Shown here: piece after piece, positions 37,649 through 50,267 of the stretch
Position numbering within the stretch: the first letter of the stretch is position 1
How the letters are laid out: each line of letters starts with the position of its first letter
DNA from: Pristiophorus japonicus
Taxonomy: Eukaryota
DNA: 64,000 bases
Reading direction: 5' to 3'
NCBI RefSeq assembly: GCF_044704955.1
Contig: NC_091985.1
Coordinates: 115,382,001 to 115,446,000 of the forward strand
The notes under the pieces: model-generated
Told to the model about the DNA's origin: nothing
Seen by the model: only the letters and a program-made list of their open reading frames with translations
Databases searched by the model: none
Translations under genes and position numbers: made by a program

Positions 37649-38376
37649 GGGGAGGAGACAGACGGAGAGACCGGGAGGGGAGGAGACAGACAGAGTGACA
37701 GAGCAGAGAGCTCCACCTCCCAGCTCATTCTCCACTTCCAGTTTTCTCCAACCGCCAATTTCAAACCGTTTTTCTTCAGTAGAACCGAAACTCAGCTCTC
37801 CGCTAACTGCAATGCATCACCCCCGAAACCAAATTTTAATTTGATCTATTAAGATTCCTTTAATTTGGTTAATTTATAGTTTTATCGGTTGAGGCCCTTT
37901 CAGGGGGCACAGGGCTGACGTTTCATTGACAATTAACCTAAATGAAAGAGTCAGCGCTCCACACAAACCCTTACAGACTCGGGCTTCATATTCCAGGATT
38001 TCCAGAAACCGGAGTTTGTAAATAAGGTCCTGCTACAATGAAGAGTCAGTAATATTCCCGCCTAAGTGCAGTCCCTTCTGTAACAAGTCGAGCCGGTTCC
38101 TTCTATTTCAGTGGCAGCCCCTATTCCATCTCCCCACACTTCCCGTCCCAGCAGTTTAGTGACAACTTACACACCCAACATGTCCCCAGGTCCTGTGAGG
38201 CCCGGCCCAGATCCCATTGTGTTTTAGTGCAGACAGTAGGGGAGGGTGCAGCCGATGTCAGCGAGTCACCAGGGATCCTGGGTTTATTGGGAATGATTCC
38301 TATCTGAAGTCTGAGCCAGGCACCGAGACAGGAATCATGTGATTCCGGGATCAGCTCTTTTCTGAGAGACGTGGGT

Positions 38377-38392
38377 GGCTCTGAAAAGAGCC
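38377..38392 (-). terminator. Histone 3' stem-loop (H1)
   Basis: Minus strand ggctcttttcagagcc-accca; HDE agaaaagagct. Confidence 0.93.
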
Positions 38393-38428
38393 GTTGGGTT
38401 CAGATGTTTACAAGTTGCACTTGATATT

Positions 38429-39139
38429 TTACTGCGTTTTGGGCGCTGCCTTCTTTGGCTTTGTTGATTTGGGCTTGGCCGCCTTGGGGGTTTTGGGCTT
38501 CTTCACAGGAGACTTTTTCTTAAGGGCTGACGATCTCACCGACTTATTCGGCGCCTGCGCCTTCTTGGTGCCGGCTTTCTTGGCCGCAGGTTTCTTTGTT
38601 GCGATTTTCTTGGCCGCTGGCTTCTTCGTTGCGACTTTCTTGGCTGCTGGTTTCTTCGTTGCGACTTTCTTGGCTGCTGGTTTCTTCGTTGAGACTTTCT
38701 TGGCCGCTGGCTTCTTCGTTGAGACTTTCTTGGCCGCTGGTTTCTTTGTTGCGACTTTCTTGGCTGCTGGTTTCTTGGCTGGAGATTTCTTGGCCATTGG
38801 TTTCTTGGCCTTTACCACTTTTTGTTTGACGATTTTGACGGAGCCGGAGGCGCCTTTGCCCACGGTGTGCACCAGGATCCCGTTTTCCACACACCTCTTG
38901 ATACTCCTCTTGATCTGGGACCGGTACTTGGTCATATCCAGGCCGCTGTTAGTCAGAGCCTTCTTTACCGCGATCATGGACATCCCCTTGCGATCGATGC
39001 AACCCCCCACAATCTTGACGATCTGATCGCTCAACTTGGGGCGGGTTGTCTTGGGCCGTCGAGCAATCTTCTTCTTGGGAGCCTTGGTTTGAACGGCGGC
39101 GGCAGGAGGAGCCGTTTCGGCGGCGGCAGTGTCCGTCAT
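38429..39139 (-). CDS. H1: Linker histone H1 (236 aa) with repetitive C-terminal tail
   Basis: MTDTAAAETAPPAAA start; winged-helix core RKGMS..AVKKAL...GKGASGS; Lys/Ala/Pro-rich tail; stem-loop. Start 39139 chosen because promoter elements lie just upstream. Confidence 0.93.
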   Translation of the reverse strand: MTDTAAAETAPPAAAVQTKAPKKKIARRPKTTRPKLSDQIVKIVGGCIDRKGMSMIAVKKALTNSGLDMTKYRSQIKRSIKRCVENGILVHTVGKGASGSVKIVKQKVVKAKKPMAKKSPAKKPAAKKVATKKPAAKKVSTKKPAAKKVSTKKPAAKKVATKKPAAKKVATKKPAAKKIATKKPAAKKAGTKKAQAPNKSVRSSALKKKSPVKKPKTPKAAKPKSTKPKKAAPKTQ

Positions 39140-39214
39140 GTCGGGAACTGTGTCGAAAATCTCTCTGACAGTCAGAACTGGGTCAGAAATGAATCCAGAG
39201 GTGGCGGCACAGAG

Positions 39215-39292
39215 CAATTTAAAGGCAGCGAGCGGACGGGGCGGAGACATCCTGCTGTCAGCTCTCGGCCCCTGCAGCATTTCTGTGTTTCT
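39215..39292 (-). promoter_or_regulatory. H1 promoter: AC-box, GC-box, TATA-like
   Basis: AAACACA (H1 box) 39284-39290; ccgccc ~39238-39244; tttaaa 39218-39223. Confidence 0.7.
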
Positions 39293-39999
39293 CTCTCCCA
39301 CAAACTCTCCCATACCAATGAAAATCGGTCACTCCACAATCCCAGTCTAGATCCTTCCTCATTCTAAGACCACAATGTTTGCTGTCGAAAAACTTCCAGC
39401 CGAATTCAAGACCCCAGTCCCGATTTAAACCCCTTTCAATGCTGCACTGATCGCGCTCTCTCAGCCGATCGCTGGCATGGTCTCTGGTTTTCGACTGAAA
39501 TCTTGACATGAACTCAAACATTACCTTAAATTCCCACTTCGGGGCTGAGCAGGGGCACGGGGCGATCCTATGACTGGGAAATCATTTTATTTTAGACAAG
39601 AGGCACTCGGAAATCGGGCGATGAGTCGGGACACACAAACACAGTGACATTGGACACAGCCGCCCGCCCCTTTAGCACACTCTCTCTGACATTCCGGACA
39701 TTCACAGGACTAACTGTTCCCCAGATTTACAGTTCCCAGGGCAGGCTTTCCTCTCCGCTCGGCCTGTGCTGCGGATTCACGGGGGTTAGTTGTAGTTTCC
39801 CAGCTCAGTAACTGTTAAACATTCTGAGGCCGGCGCTCCTCACAGAGTCTGTTCCCCAGATTCAGGGCCAGGAGCCAATCACAGCTTTGGCTGTGTTAAC
39901 ATGTATCTACTTTTAAATTACTCTCTTGCGCGCACTCAGAATTATGTCAGGGAGACAAAATGTTAAGAACCTGCTATTTACAATCATTGTACATCATCA

Positions 40000-41659
40000 T
40001 CATGACCCGATAGTGGATAATCAAGGGGCTATAGGGAGGGAGGAACTTAATACAATCACTATCACTAAAGCAGTAGTACTCGGTAAAATAATGGGGCCAA
40101 AGGCTTGCATCCTCGGGTCTTACAAGAAGTGGCTGCAGAGATAGTGGATGAATTGGTTGTAATCTACCAAAATACTCTGGATTCTGGGGAGCTCCCAACG
40201 GTTTGGAAAGCCACAAATGTAACACCCCTATTTAAAATAAAGAGGCAGCCAGGCAGCAGGAAATTATAGACCAGTTAGCTTAATGTCGGTCATTGGGAAA
40301 ATGCTGACGTGCATTATTAAGGAAGCCATAGCAGAACATTTGGCAAAGCATGATTCAATCAAGCAGAGTCAGCGTGGTTTTATGAAAGGGAAATCATGTT
40401 TGACAAATTTGATGGAGTTCTTTGAGGATGTAACGAGCCAGGTGAATAAGGGGGAACCAGTGGATGTGGTGTATTTGGATTTCCAGAAGGCATTCGATAA
40501 GGTGCCACATAAAAGGTTACTGTACAAGATAAAAGTTCACGGGGTTGGGAGTAATATATAGCATGGATAGAGGATTGGCCAACTAACAGAAAACAGAAAG
40601 TCGGGATAAATGGGTCATTTTCTGGTTGGCAAACAGTAACTAGTGGGGTGCCGCAGGGATCGGTGCTGGGGCCTCAACTATTTACAATCTATATTAATAA
40701 CTTGGATGAAGGGACCGAATGTAATGTATCCAAATTTGCTGATGATACAAAGCTGGGTGGGAGAGCAAATTGTGAGGAGGACACAAGAAATATGCAAAGG
40801 AGTATAGACAGGCTAAGTGAGTGGGCAAAAATTTGGCAGATGGAGTATAATGTGGGAAAATGTGAGGTTATCCACGTTGGCAGAAAAAATAGAAAAGCAA
40901 ATTATAATTTAAATGAAGAAAATTTGCCAAGTGCTGCAGTATAGAGGGACCTGGGGATCCTTGTGCATGAAACACAAAAAGTGAGTATGCACATACAGCA
41001 AGTAATCAGGAAGACAAATGGAATTTTGGCCTTTATTGCAAAGGGGATGGAGTATAAAAGCAGAGACGTCCTACTGCTTTGGTGAGGCCACACCTAGAGT
41101 ACTGCAAACAGTTTTGATCTCAATATTTAAGGAAGGGTACACTTGCATTGGAGGCAGTTCAGAGAAGGTTCACTAGGTTGATTCCGGAGATGAGGGGGTT
41201 GACTTATGAGGATAGGTTGAGTGGGTTGGGCCTATACTCATTGGAGTTCAGAAGAATGAGAGGTGATTTTATCGAAACATATAAGATAATGAGGGGGCTC
41301 AACAAGTTGGATGCAGAGAGGGTATTTCCACTCATCGGGGAAACTAAAACTAGGGGGCATAGTCTCAGAATAAGAGGCCGCCCATTTAAAACTGAGATGA
41401 GGAGGAATTTCTTCTCTCAGAGGGTTGTAAATCTGTGGAATTCTCTGCCCCAGAGTGTTGTGGAGGCTGGGTCATTGAATATATTTACAATGTAGACAGA
41501 TTTTTGAGCGATAAGGGAATAAAGTGTTATGGGGAGCGAGCAGGGAAGTGGAGCTGAGTCCATGATCAGATCACCCATGATCTTATTAAATGGCGGAGCA
41601 GGTTCTAGGGGCAAAACAGCCTACTCCTTTTCCTATTTCTCATGTTCTTATGTTCTTAT
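40000..41659 (+). mobile_element. 5'-truncated CR1 LINE
   Basis: YLDFQKAFDKVPH, PQGSVLGP, FADDTKLGG; tail tgttcttatgttcttat; absent from paralog A. Confidence 0.92.
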
Positions 41660-42064
41660 TGTAGTTTTCTCTCTTCAAACCAGCAGTGAATGTTCCTTAT
41701 TTACTTCCAGTCTCACTCTGTTTGCTGTTATTGAACAGTATGCAGTGGAAACAGATCCGGAGAGTGAGAAGTTGATCAAAGAGTATCTATTGCAGGCACC
41801 AGGTGAGAAGTGTGAAGGATACATTTTAAACAGCAGCTATTGGTTTCAGTTGAATGGTTAGTCCCATAGGAGTGGGAAATAGAAATCAAATATCCCTACT
41901 CCATGGGGTAGCTCCATTCATGGAGCAGTGCAGGGGCTGGATTGTGTCTGAATGTCTCTAAATTGCTGTAAGTCTGCCCAACACACCTGATATGCAGAGG
42001 CTCAATGCTGCAGAATCAGATTCTGACACTCTCGCTGGCTTTCCTTTGCGGTTGTTCATAGTGA

Positions 42065-42982
42065 GGGTGAGACATGGAAATAGACAGAGAGAGAGAGAGA
42101 CAGACAGATATAGAACGAGCGAGAATGAGAGACAGACAGAGAAAGGGGTCAGAGAGGGAGAGGACAGAGAGAGGGAGATAGAGCTGGGCAGAGAGAGGGT
42201 GTGGGACAAAGAGACAGAGAGAGAGAGGGTGCGAGAGTGGAGGACACAGAGGGAGAGAGTGATAATGCCAAAGAAAGAGAGAGGGATAGAGAGGAGACAG
42301 AGATAGAGAGAAGAGGACAGGGAGATGGAGAGACATAGAGAGGACAGGGAGATGGGAAGGAGAGGGAAAGACACAGAGAGAGGGACAGCGAGAAAGAGAG
42401 ACAGGAAAAGAGAATAACAGAGAGAGGGAGATAGATGGAGAGACATCGAGTGAAAGAGATGACAAGATGAAGAAAGAGAGAGAGGGATAGACAGAGAGAG
42501 AAAGAGAGAGGGATAGACAGAGAAAGAGAGAGGGTGTCAGAGATAGAGAGATAGGACAGAGAGAAAGAGATAGAGCTAGACAGAGAGAGAGAGAGGGCGT
42601 GGGACAATGAGTGAGACTGGGATAGTGACAGAGAGTGGCCAGAGAGAGGGGGGTGGGGGTGGAGAAGTAGCGAGATAGGTGACAGAGAGAGGGAGAATGA
42701 CAGAGAGAGGAAGAAAGACAGAAAGAGAGGCAGAGAGAGAGAGTGGTGGAGAGAGAGGGACAGCAACAGAGAGGACGAGAGGGACAGAGTGATAATGTGG
42801 AAGAGTGATAGAGGGAAGGAGAGAGAGAGGAGCAGAGAGTGATAGAAAGAAAGAGAAAGACACAGAGCGAGAGGATAGAGAGGGAGATAGAGACAGATGG
42901 AAAGTGATACACAGAGAGGGAGGAGGATAGAGAGAGAGAGAGAGAGGCCAGAGAGAAAGGATAGGACAGGGAAAGAGAAATG

Positions 42983-43015
<33 letters not shown>

Positions 43016-43505
43016 TCACTGAGAGAGACAAAGATTAGAAAGGGATAGACAGACAGAGAGATGGTGACACAGAATGAGTGTAAGAGAGAAAGAGATATAC
43101 AGAGGGTCAGATAAAGAGAGTTAGAAAGAGTGGGGCAGGCAGAGAAATAGTCAGAGACAAAGAGAGAGAGACAGAGGGACAAAGAGAGACACAGAGAGAC
43201 AGAGTCAGTGAGACATAGACACTGACAAAAACACAGAGGGAGAGTCATGGAGAGACAGAGAGAGGACAGAGAAAGGGACATAGCGCCAGACAAAGAGAGA
43301 GAGAAAGAGACAGACAGAGAAGGGAAGAGCTGGAGAGACAATGGACAGACAGAGAGAGGGGCACACAGAGAGACAGAGAGGAAAAAAGAAGACAGAGAGA
43401 GGGTGTCAGAGAGAGACAGAGAGAGAGAAAGTTGGACAGAGAGTGAAAGCACGACAGAGAAAGTATAAGACAGAAAGAGACACATAGAGAGGGAGAGGAG
43501 GACAG
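42065..43505. repeat. ~1.45-kb (GA)n-rich low-complexity tract
   Basis: Continuous degenerate ga/gaca repeats. Confidence 0.92.
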
Positions 43506-43699
43506 GAAGATGTCACTGTTGTAATGAAGGAAATGCGGTAATCAACTTTTGCACAGCAAGCTCCACAAACTGTAATGAAATAAATGACCAGATAAGCTGT
43601 TGTTTTAGAAATGTTGGTTGAACGATAAATACTAGGACACAGGGAGAGAATTCCTCCTTGCTCTTCTTTGAAATAATGGCTATGGGATCTTTTGCTTCT

Positions 43700-44612
43700 C
43701 CATCCAGCTCTACCTCTCCACCACTTCACTTGACCCTCCAAGGTCTCTAATTTGTCAGACATCCAGTACTGGATGAGCAGAATTTTCTCCATTGTCTTTG
43801 GTCCCCGCCACAAACTGCGTTCCCTAGCCACTGACTCCTCTCCCTAGAATCTATTTGAGGCTAAACCAGACTGTTCGCAATCTGGGCATCATATTTGCCC
43901 CTTAAATGAGCTTCTGGCCACATATCCGTGACGTAACTAAAACCGCCTATTTCCACCTCTGTAACATTGCCTGTCTCCACCCCTGCCTCAGCTCATCTGC
44001 TGCTGAAACCCTCATACATGCCTTTGTTACCTCTAGACTTGACTACTCTAATGCACTCCAGGCTGGCCTCCCACATTCTACCCTACGTAAACTTGAGGTC
44101 ATCCAAAACTCAGCAGCCCGTGTCCTAACTGGCACCAAGTCCCGATCACCCATCACCCCTGTGCTCACTGACTTACATTGGCTCCCGATTAAGCAACACC
44201 TTGATTTCAAAATTCTCATCCTTCTGTACAAATCCCTCTATTGCCTCGCCCCTCCCTATTCTCTATAATCTGTTTCAACCTCACAACCCCATGAGATTTC
44301 TGCGCTACTCAAATTCTGCCCTCTTGAGCATCCCTGTTTATAACTGCTCAGCCATCGGTGGCCGTGCCTTCAGATGCCTGGGCCCTGAGCTCTAGAACTC
44401 CCTCCCTAAACCTCTCCACTTCCTTACCTCTTTCCTCCTTTAAGACCCTCCTTAAAACCCACATCTTTGACCAAGCTTTTGATCATCTGCCACAATTTCT
44501 TCTTATGTGGCTTGCTGTCAAATTTATCTGTTTTGTCTTATAACACTGCTGTGAAGCGCCTTGGGACCTTTTACTACATTAAAGGCACTATATAAATAAA
44601 ATTTGTTGTTGT
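43700..44612 (+). mobile_element. L2-clade LINE 3' fragment
   Basis: LIHAFVTSRLDYSN, IQNSAARVL, LHWLPI; 3' end aagcgccttgggac..aaaggcactatataaat; absent from paralog A. Confidence 0.88.
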
Positions 44613-44847
44613 GTACCTACGCTTAAGTTCTCATCCGAACTGGTTAAGCACCAGAAAAAATGCATTGGGGAGGAGAGAACAGTAACAGAGGCCAGTTAAA
44701 GAATGAAAATCCCACACCACAATTGTAAGAAGAGGAAGCAGTTCTCCTGGCATCTGAACCCAACATTCCCCATTAATCAAATCCATCAACATTTCTGTTC
44801 TTTAGGGATACGTGGCCTTGCCTGAATGCAGCATTTCCTCAGTAAGG

Positions 44848-45670
44848 AGTCAGCTGTGGCTCAGTGGGTAGCAATCTCACCACTGAGTCTGAAGGTCGTG
44901 AGTTTGAGTCCCCACTCCAGAGACATTATTTTTATTTGTTCAAGGGATGAGGGCGTCACTGGCAAGGCCAGCATTTATTGCCCATTCCTGATTGCCCTTG
45001 AGTCGAGCCTCATAATCCAGGCCAGCACTCCCCGATGTCAGTACTGAGGCAGACCTATACTCTTGGAGGTGCTGTCTTTTGGATGAGATGTTAAACCAAG
45101 GTCCCATCTGCCCCCTTAGGTGGACATTATGAAAAATTACATAGAATTCACAGCACAGAAATAGGTAATTTGGGCCAACAGGTCCATGGCGGTGATTCTG
45201 CTCCACACGAACCTCCTCCCACTATATTACTTGATCTTTCCCATCAGCATATCCTTCTACTCCTTTCTTTATCAAGCTTCCCCTTAATTGCATCTATGCT
45301 ATTGCATCTATTGCCTCAACCACTACATGCAGTAACAAGTTACATATTCTCACCACTCTCTGGGTAAAGAAGATTCTCTTGAATTCCTTACTGGATTTAT
45401 TAGTGACAATCATAGGGACATAAAAGATCCCATGGTATTGTTGGAAAAAAAGCAGGAAAGTTCATCGTGAGACAATATTTATCCCTCAACACAGATGATT
45501 TGTTCATTATCACATTAACGTTTGTGGGCACTTTGTTGTGTGAAAACCGATTGCTGCGTTTCCCTCCATTATAATAGTGACTGCACTTCAAAGGTACTTC
45601 ATTGACTGTAAAGCACTTTGGGATGTCCTGAGGTCTTGGAAGGATCTAGAAATGCAAGTTCTTTCTTTAT
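44848..45670 (+). mobile_element. DeuSINE with nested LINE fragments
   Basis: tRNA-like head gtggctcagtgggtagca..gagtttgagtccccactccagagac, Deu core, tail gtaaagcactttgggatgtcctgagg. Confidence 0.72.
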
Positions 45671-46180
45671 TCTTTACTGCACTGGAGTGTTGTCCCAGCC
45701 GAACTGTTCAGGTTGTGATGGGGCTTGAACCCACAAGGTTCCAAGGGCACTGATGGGTGTGACACCCAAATGTGGCAAATGGCACAACAACTTGTATTTA
45801 TAAAGCACCTTTAACATAGTATGTCATTAACAAGGCACCTCACATAAGCATCAAAAATTGACACTGTGACAGGTAAGGAGATATTTGGAGAGGTGATCAA
45901 AGCTTTTGTCCAAGAGGTCGGTTTTAAGGAACAACTTAAAAGAGGAGAGAGAGAGGGGTGGGGGGAAAGGTTTACTGAGGGAATTTCAGAGTTTAGGGCC
46001 TAGGCGGCTGAAGGCATGAGTACCAATGGTGGCACGATGGAAATTGGGGATGTGCAAGAGACAATTGGTGGAAATCTCAGAGTGCTGGAAGAAGTTCCCC
46101 CACTATGCTTTGTGTGGCTCTTATGCACAGTACCAGGCAATAAGGTGGCAGATGGAGAATAATATGGGGGAATGTGAGGT

Positions 46181-49100
46181 TATAATAGACCCAGGTTTGG
46201 GATCTGGATGAATGTTAAGTAAGAGACAAGACAAATGAAGTAAAGAATAAGACACCGTTTACTGAGAGAAAAGAAACATTAATATAATACAGTTTACAAA
46301 GAAAAGTGAAGTATGATAAGATGCAACAACACTCACGGCCTTCCGCCCGTCGGGAACTCCACAAGCGACGGCTGGTCTGAAGCATTGGGGGTCCCGACAC
46401 CGCTCGCGAATCACAGTCCAAGGTGAAGTTCGAAGAGCTACGGGACAGTGCTGTACCTTTATACTATCAAATAAACATACTATTGAACAAAAACATGGGT
46501 GCATGTGGCTTATGGCCAACTCCTAATCTGTAAGGCCCCAGGTGCTTGTCCACAAAGCATGAGAGCTCAAGCCGCGGACCGTCTCATAACAAGCTGGTGT
46601 GCGTCTCAAGGTCGCTTCCCTCTCTCTCTCTCGAAATAGCAACAACATTCTACGGGGCATGGGAGCAGAGACATCCTATGAATGACTAAATATCATAATT
46701 AACCCTATGTAATTAACCCCATACAATACAATCCACCCTTGATATTTAGACATTCTAAGTAATATAATCAAGTTGAAGGCGTAATGCATCAGTTACACGT
46801 TGAGTATGCGCAAGCAACGCCCGCAATCTACACTAAAGTATACATGCAAGCAGTAATATCAGTAATAACGCGATGAGTAAAACAATGATCAGTGTTAGCT
46901 TTTAGAAATTGAGCTAAACGAGTTAGGTCTGCAGTGGGAGGAAGGTTAGTAATTGTCTTGCGTACGATCAGTGTTAGCTAACCACCACCCTATACGGCCA
47001 TCCCATGCTGTGTTTGAGGATGGAGGTAGCACAATCACAGATAACGAGACACAGAGACTGGCCAGCACGAGTTGGTAAATCGCCATTTAGGGCAGAATTC
47101 CTGTGGGAGGAAGCATAGGTATGTTAATTCAGCCCCGTTTAGTCAAGTTACCCTTGTCAACATAGAGAGGAATATCTTGACCAGTCAGGAGCACCCAATA
47201 AGTGTTTCCTTCTCCTTTCGCTAAGATTTCCCCTGCTTGTAAGGGTTTCTGGAGGTACTGCACCCACACTTTTCCTCCTTCACAAACTGTGTCCTGAGTC
47301 TGATTTTCTTTTTCAATAGTAGGGACACTAACTTTGCCTAACATGTGGCTTATGGGTGTTCCCCCCCGCAATGGTCGGTGATTCAGATTGCGCACTCCTT
47401 GTGTTAAGACCATTAACCACCCTTGCAATGTGTTAGTGGGAGTTAATATTTTAATCTGTTGCTTAAGTAGTCCATTCATACGTTCTATCAACCCTGCAGC
47501 TTGCGGATAGTAAGGTATTGGAACATCCAATAGATCCCGTTGTCTACCGCCCACTGTTGCACTGTTTGACCTGTGAAGTGTGACCCATTATCGGACTGTA
47601 CTTCTGCTGGCTCACCGTAGTATGTGATTAGATTCTCCAGTCCTTTAATCGTACTTTGTTGATTCGCTTTAGTCACTGGATAAGCTATCAAAAGTCCAGA
47701 ATAGGTATCAACAGCAGTGAGCAAATATTGGAACCGTTGTTGCAATGGTAAAGGTCCTACATAATCAACTTTCCATATTTATGCTGGTTGAGTCCCTCTC
47801 TTAATATGGGCACCGGGTTGTCGTTGTAGGGGAAAATGCTTCACCTTTTGACAAATTTCACAGGTGTTTATGATCTGTTTAACACTGTCCGTAGTCAAAT
47901 ATAACCCCCTATTTCATGCCCATTGTATCGTACCCTGAATACCCAAATGTCCAGATTTGTGGTGGGCCCACTTGCCTATGCCATATTCTTCCTCTTCCGC
48001 CTCTTTGACAGCCCGTATCCGGGCTATATTATCAACAGTGTTATGATGTTCAGAGGTCTTTGAAGTGTTTTTCATGTGAGCATCCACATGATATACAGTT
48101 ATTTTCATCTTCTGGGCTTTGGACCATATTTGTTCCCATGGGTGCTTTCCCCACAAGTCTTTCCCAGTTATTTGCCAGTTATGTTCATGCCAGTTTCGCA
48201 TCCAGCTCACCATGCCATTGGCTACTGCCCATGAGTCAGTATATAAGTGTACTTGTTGCTGTTCCTCTTCTAATGCAAGGACTACAGCTGCTAGTTCTGC
48301 TAGCTGGCTGGAGCCTCCCACGCCCTCATCATGCACAATTGTCTGGGTCTTTGGATTGAAGGCAGCGGCTCACCATCTCCGAAGGCCGTTTCGCCAGACC
48401 GCTGAGCCATCTGTGAACCAGGCATGGCTACGCTCTTCAGGTGTTAACTGTTCAAAAGACACGCCCCAGGAGATCGATGACTCCTGGATTAAACTGACAG
48501 ACGACTGCGTAAGTTCACTCTCAGCTGTTTGTAGGTATTCAGCCACATGCTCATGTAGTCGGGTGATTCCTTCTTTTCCTTTACTTTCTCTGTCTGCGAT
48601 ATACCATTTCCAGCGCACTATGGAGCTTTGCTGTGCTCGCCCGACCTTGTGTCTCTCATTGGCCAGGTCGATTACCGCATACCACTCCACACCTTCTTCA
48701 GACAGCCGCTCTGTTATAGTTACTACATCTGGGACAGCGGTTGCCAGGGGAGGGGTAAATTTGTTCAGTTGTCGGTAGTCCACAGTCATCCTCCAACTTT
48801 CATCGGGTTTCTGCACAGGCCAAACAAGGCTATGGTAGGGGTACACCGCATGTCTAATGATACCCGCCCCCAAGCGCCCTTGTATGGTTTCCCCTGTAAG
48901 GTTCACACTTTCTGAAGGCTTCCCACATACAGGACAACACTACGAAGGGTTAAAAAAAAAACCTTCACTCTGTTTGAAAAAGTGTGTGGAGCTAAAACAA
49001 ACAGGCAGATCCACTATTTTTCCAAACAGGCTGTCAGACACATGAAAAATTAATTCCGCAGTCAAAAAATCACAAATGCGCTTTCATTCACTGAGACATT

Positions 49101-49500
49101 CACAAAATCTTTCTTCATTCAACAAAGCTTATTATAGTTACTCCCCTGCCAGGTAAGTAATCGGAATGTGTGGCCTCAGATCCCCGGGAGCTTGGGTTGA
49201 TGTGGTTCTAACAGGGGGTGCTCCCGGATCCCGGCCACACCCCTAGTCGAGGGGATCTTCTACATCCTCTAACTGTCCTAATAATAGGTAGGCATGCCCC
49301 ACCCGCTGCCCGTGGGCTGGTCCCAACAATGCGAGTAGCGCACCCCTCATCATAGGAGGGCCACTCTTCATCAGCCTGCTCCGCATTCCTGCCGTAAAGA
49401 GCTCCTGATCTGGCCCCCCAGATTGTTGGTGATCTATTCCTCCCTGTGTTGCCATGTTGCGCAACTGTATCGCACCCTCCGCCATAGTATTCCAAGGTTT
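46181..49500 (-). mobile_element. Class III (ERV-L-like) endogenous retrovirus, truncated (3' LTR ~46181-46730; no 5' LTR)
   Basis: PPT aagggtggat then tgtattg at 46730; pol motifs WPVQKPDESWRMTVDYRQLN, WFTDGSA, GGSSQLAEL, YTDSWAVANG, WAHHKSGHLG, AVDTYSG, SDNGSHF, PYYPQAAGLIERMNGLLK; possible gag remnant 49150-49500. Confidence 0.85.
47129..48906 (-). pseudogene. pol: ERV-L-like pol remnant (RT start, RNase H, integrase; RT core deleted)
   Basis: In-frame join YAVIDLAN|ERHKVGRAQQSSIVRWKWYI removes YxDD; several frameshifts. Confidence 0.85.
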
Positions 49501-49699
49501 TACCTCCCCTTCCCATCATATGCTTATCTAGCCTCCCCTTAAATGCATACTCTTTTTTGGCCAGTACAAACAAGATGTGTGGTAAATTTTTTTGATTCTA
49601 TGATTCTGTATCTCAGTCTGATACTGTATGAGATTTTTGAACTGGTATATAATGTGTAGCTCAGGCTGCATTAAATAATTGAAACAGGATCTACCAAAT

Positions 49700-50262
49700 A
49701 CTTCAAATCTATGCCCCCATGGTTATTGACCTCTCTGCTAAGGGAAATAGATCCTTCTTTTCTACTCTATCAAGCCCCCTCATAATTTTATACACCTCAA
49801 TTATGTCTCCCTTCAGCATCCTCTGTTCCAAAGAAAACAACCCCAGCTTATCCAATCTTTCCTCATAGTTAAAATTCTTCAGTCCAGGCAACATCCTCAT
49901 AAATCTCCTCTCTACCCTGTCCTGCTACTTTCAGGGATCTGTGGACATACACTCCAAGGTCCCTCTGTTCCTCTACACTTCTCAGTATCCTACCATTTAT
50001 TGTGTATTCCCTTGCCTTGTTAACCCTTCCCAAATGTATTACCTCACACTTCACCGGATTGAATTCCATTTGCCACTTTTCTGCTTATCTGACCTTAACA
50101 AATCCATGCTGACTATTCTTGATTAATACGTACCTTTCTAAATGATGATTAATAATGTCCCGCAGAATTTTGTTCCAATAATTTGCCAACCACTGAGGTC
50201 AGGCTGCCTGACTTGTAATTACTTGATCTTGCCTTTCTCCCTTTTAAAACAACAGTACAATA
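49700..50262 (-). mobile_element. CR1 fragment with internal deletions
   Basis: MEFNPVKCEVIHLG; LGLFSLEQR. Confidence 0.8.
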
Positions 50263-50267
50263 TTTGA

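Larger units (their letters stand above)
39910..46120 (+). repeat. Segmental duplication copy B, interrupted by copy-specific CR1 and L2 insertions
   Basis: ttttaaattactct..aagaacctgctat (39911-39977) matches 1564-1630; homology resumes at 41660 and 44625 and ends at ggaagaagttcccccacta (~46105 vs ~5085). Confidence 0.9.

Noticed and set aside
39140-39313. 58-aa N-terminal extension of H1 in the ORF track
   Set aside because: Overlaps the TATA-like, GC and AC promoter boxes; the typical H1 start MTDTAAAETAP is at 39139
42016-43485. Long ORFs (489 aa and others) rich in S/L/C or E/R, also at 1952-2345, 8276-8741, 11186-11764 and 15672-16102
   Set aside because: Translations of GA/CT low-complexity tracts that lack stops by composition; no domain signal
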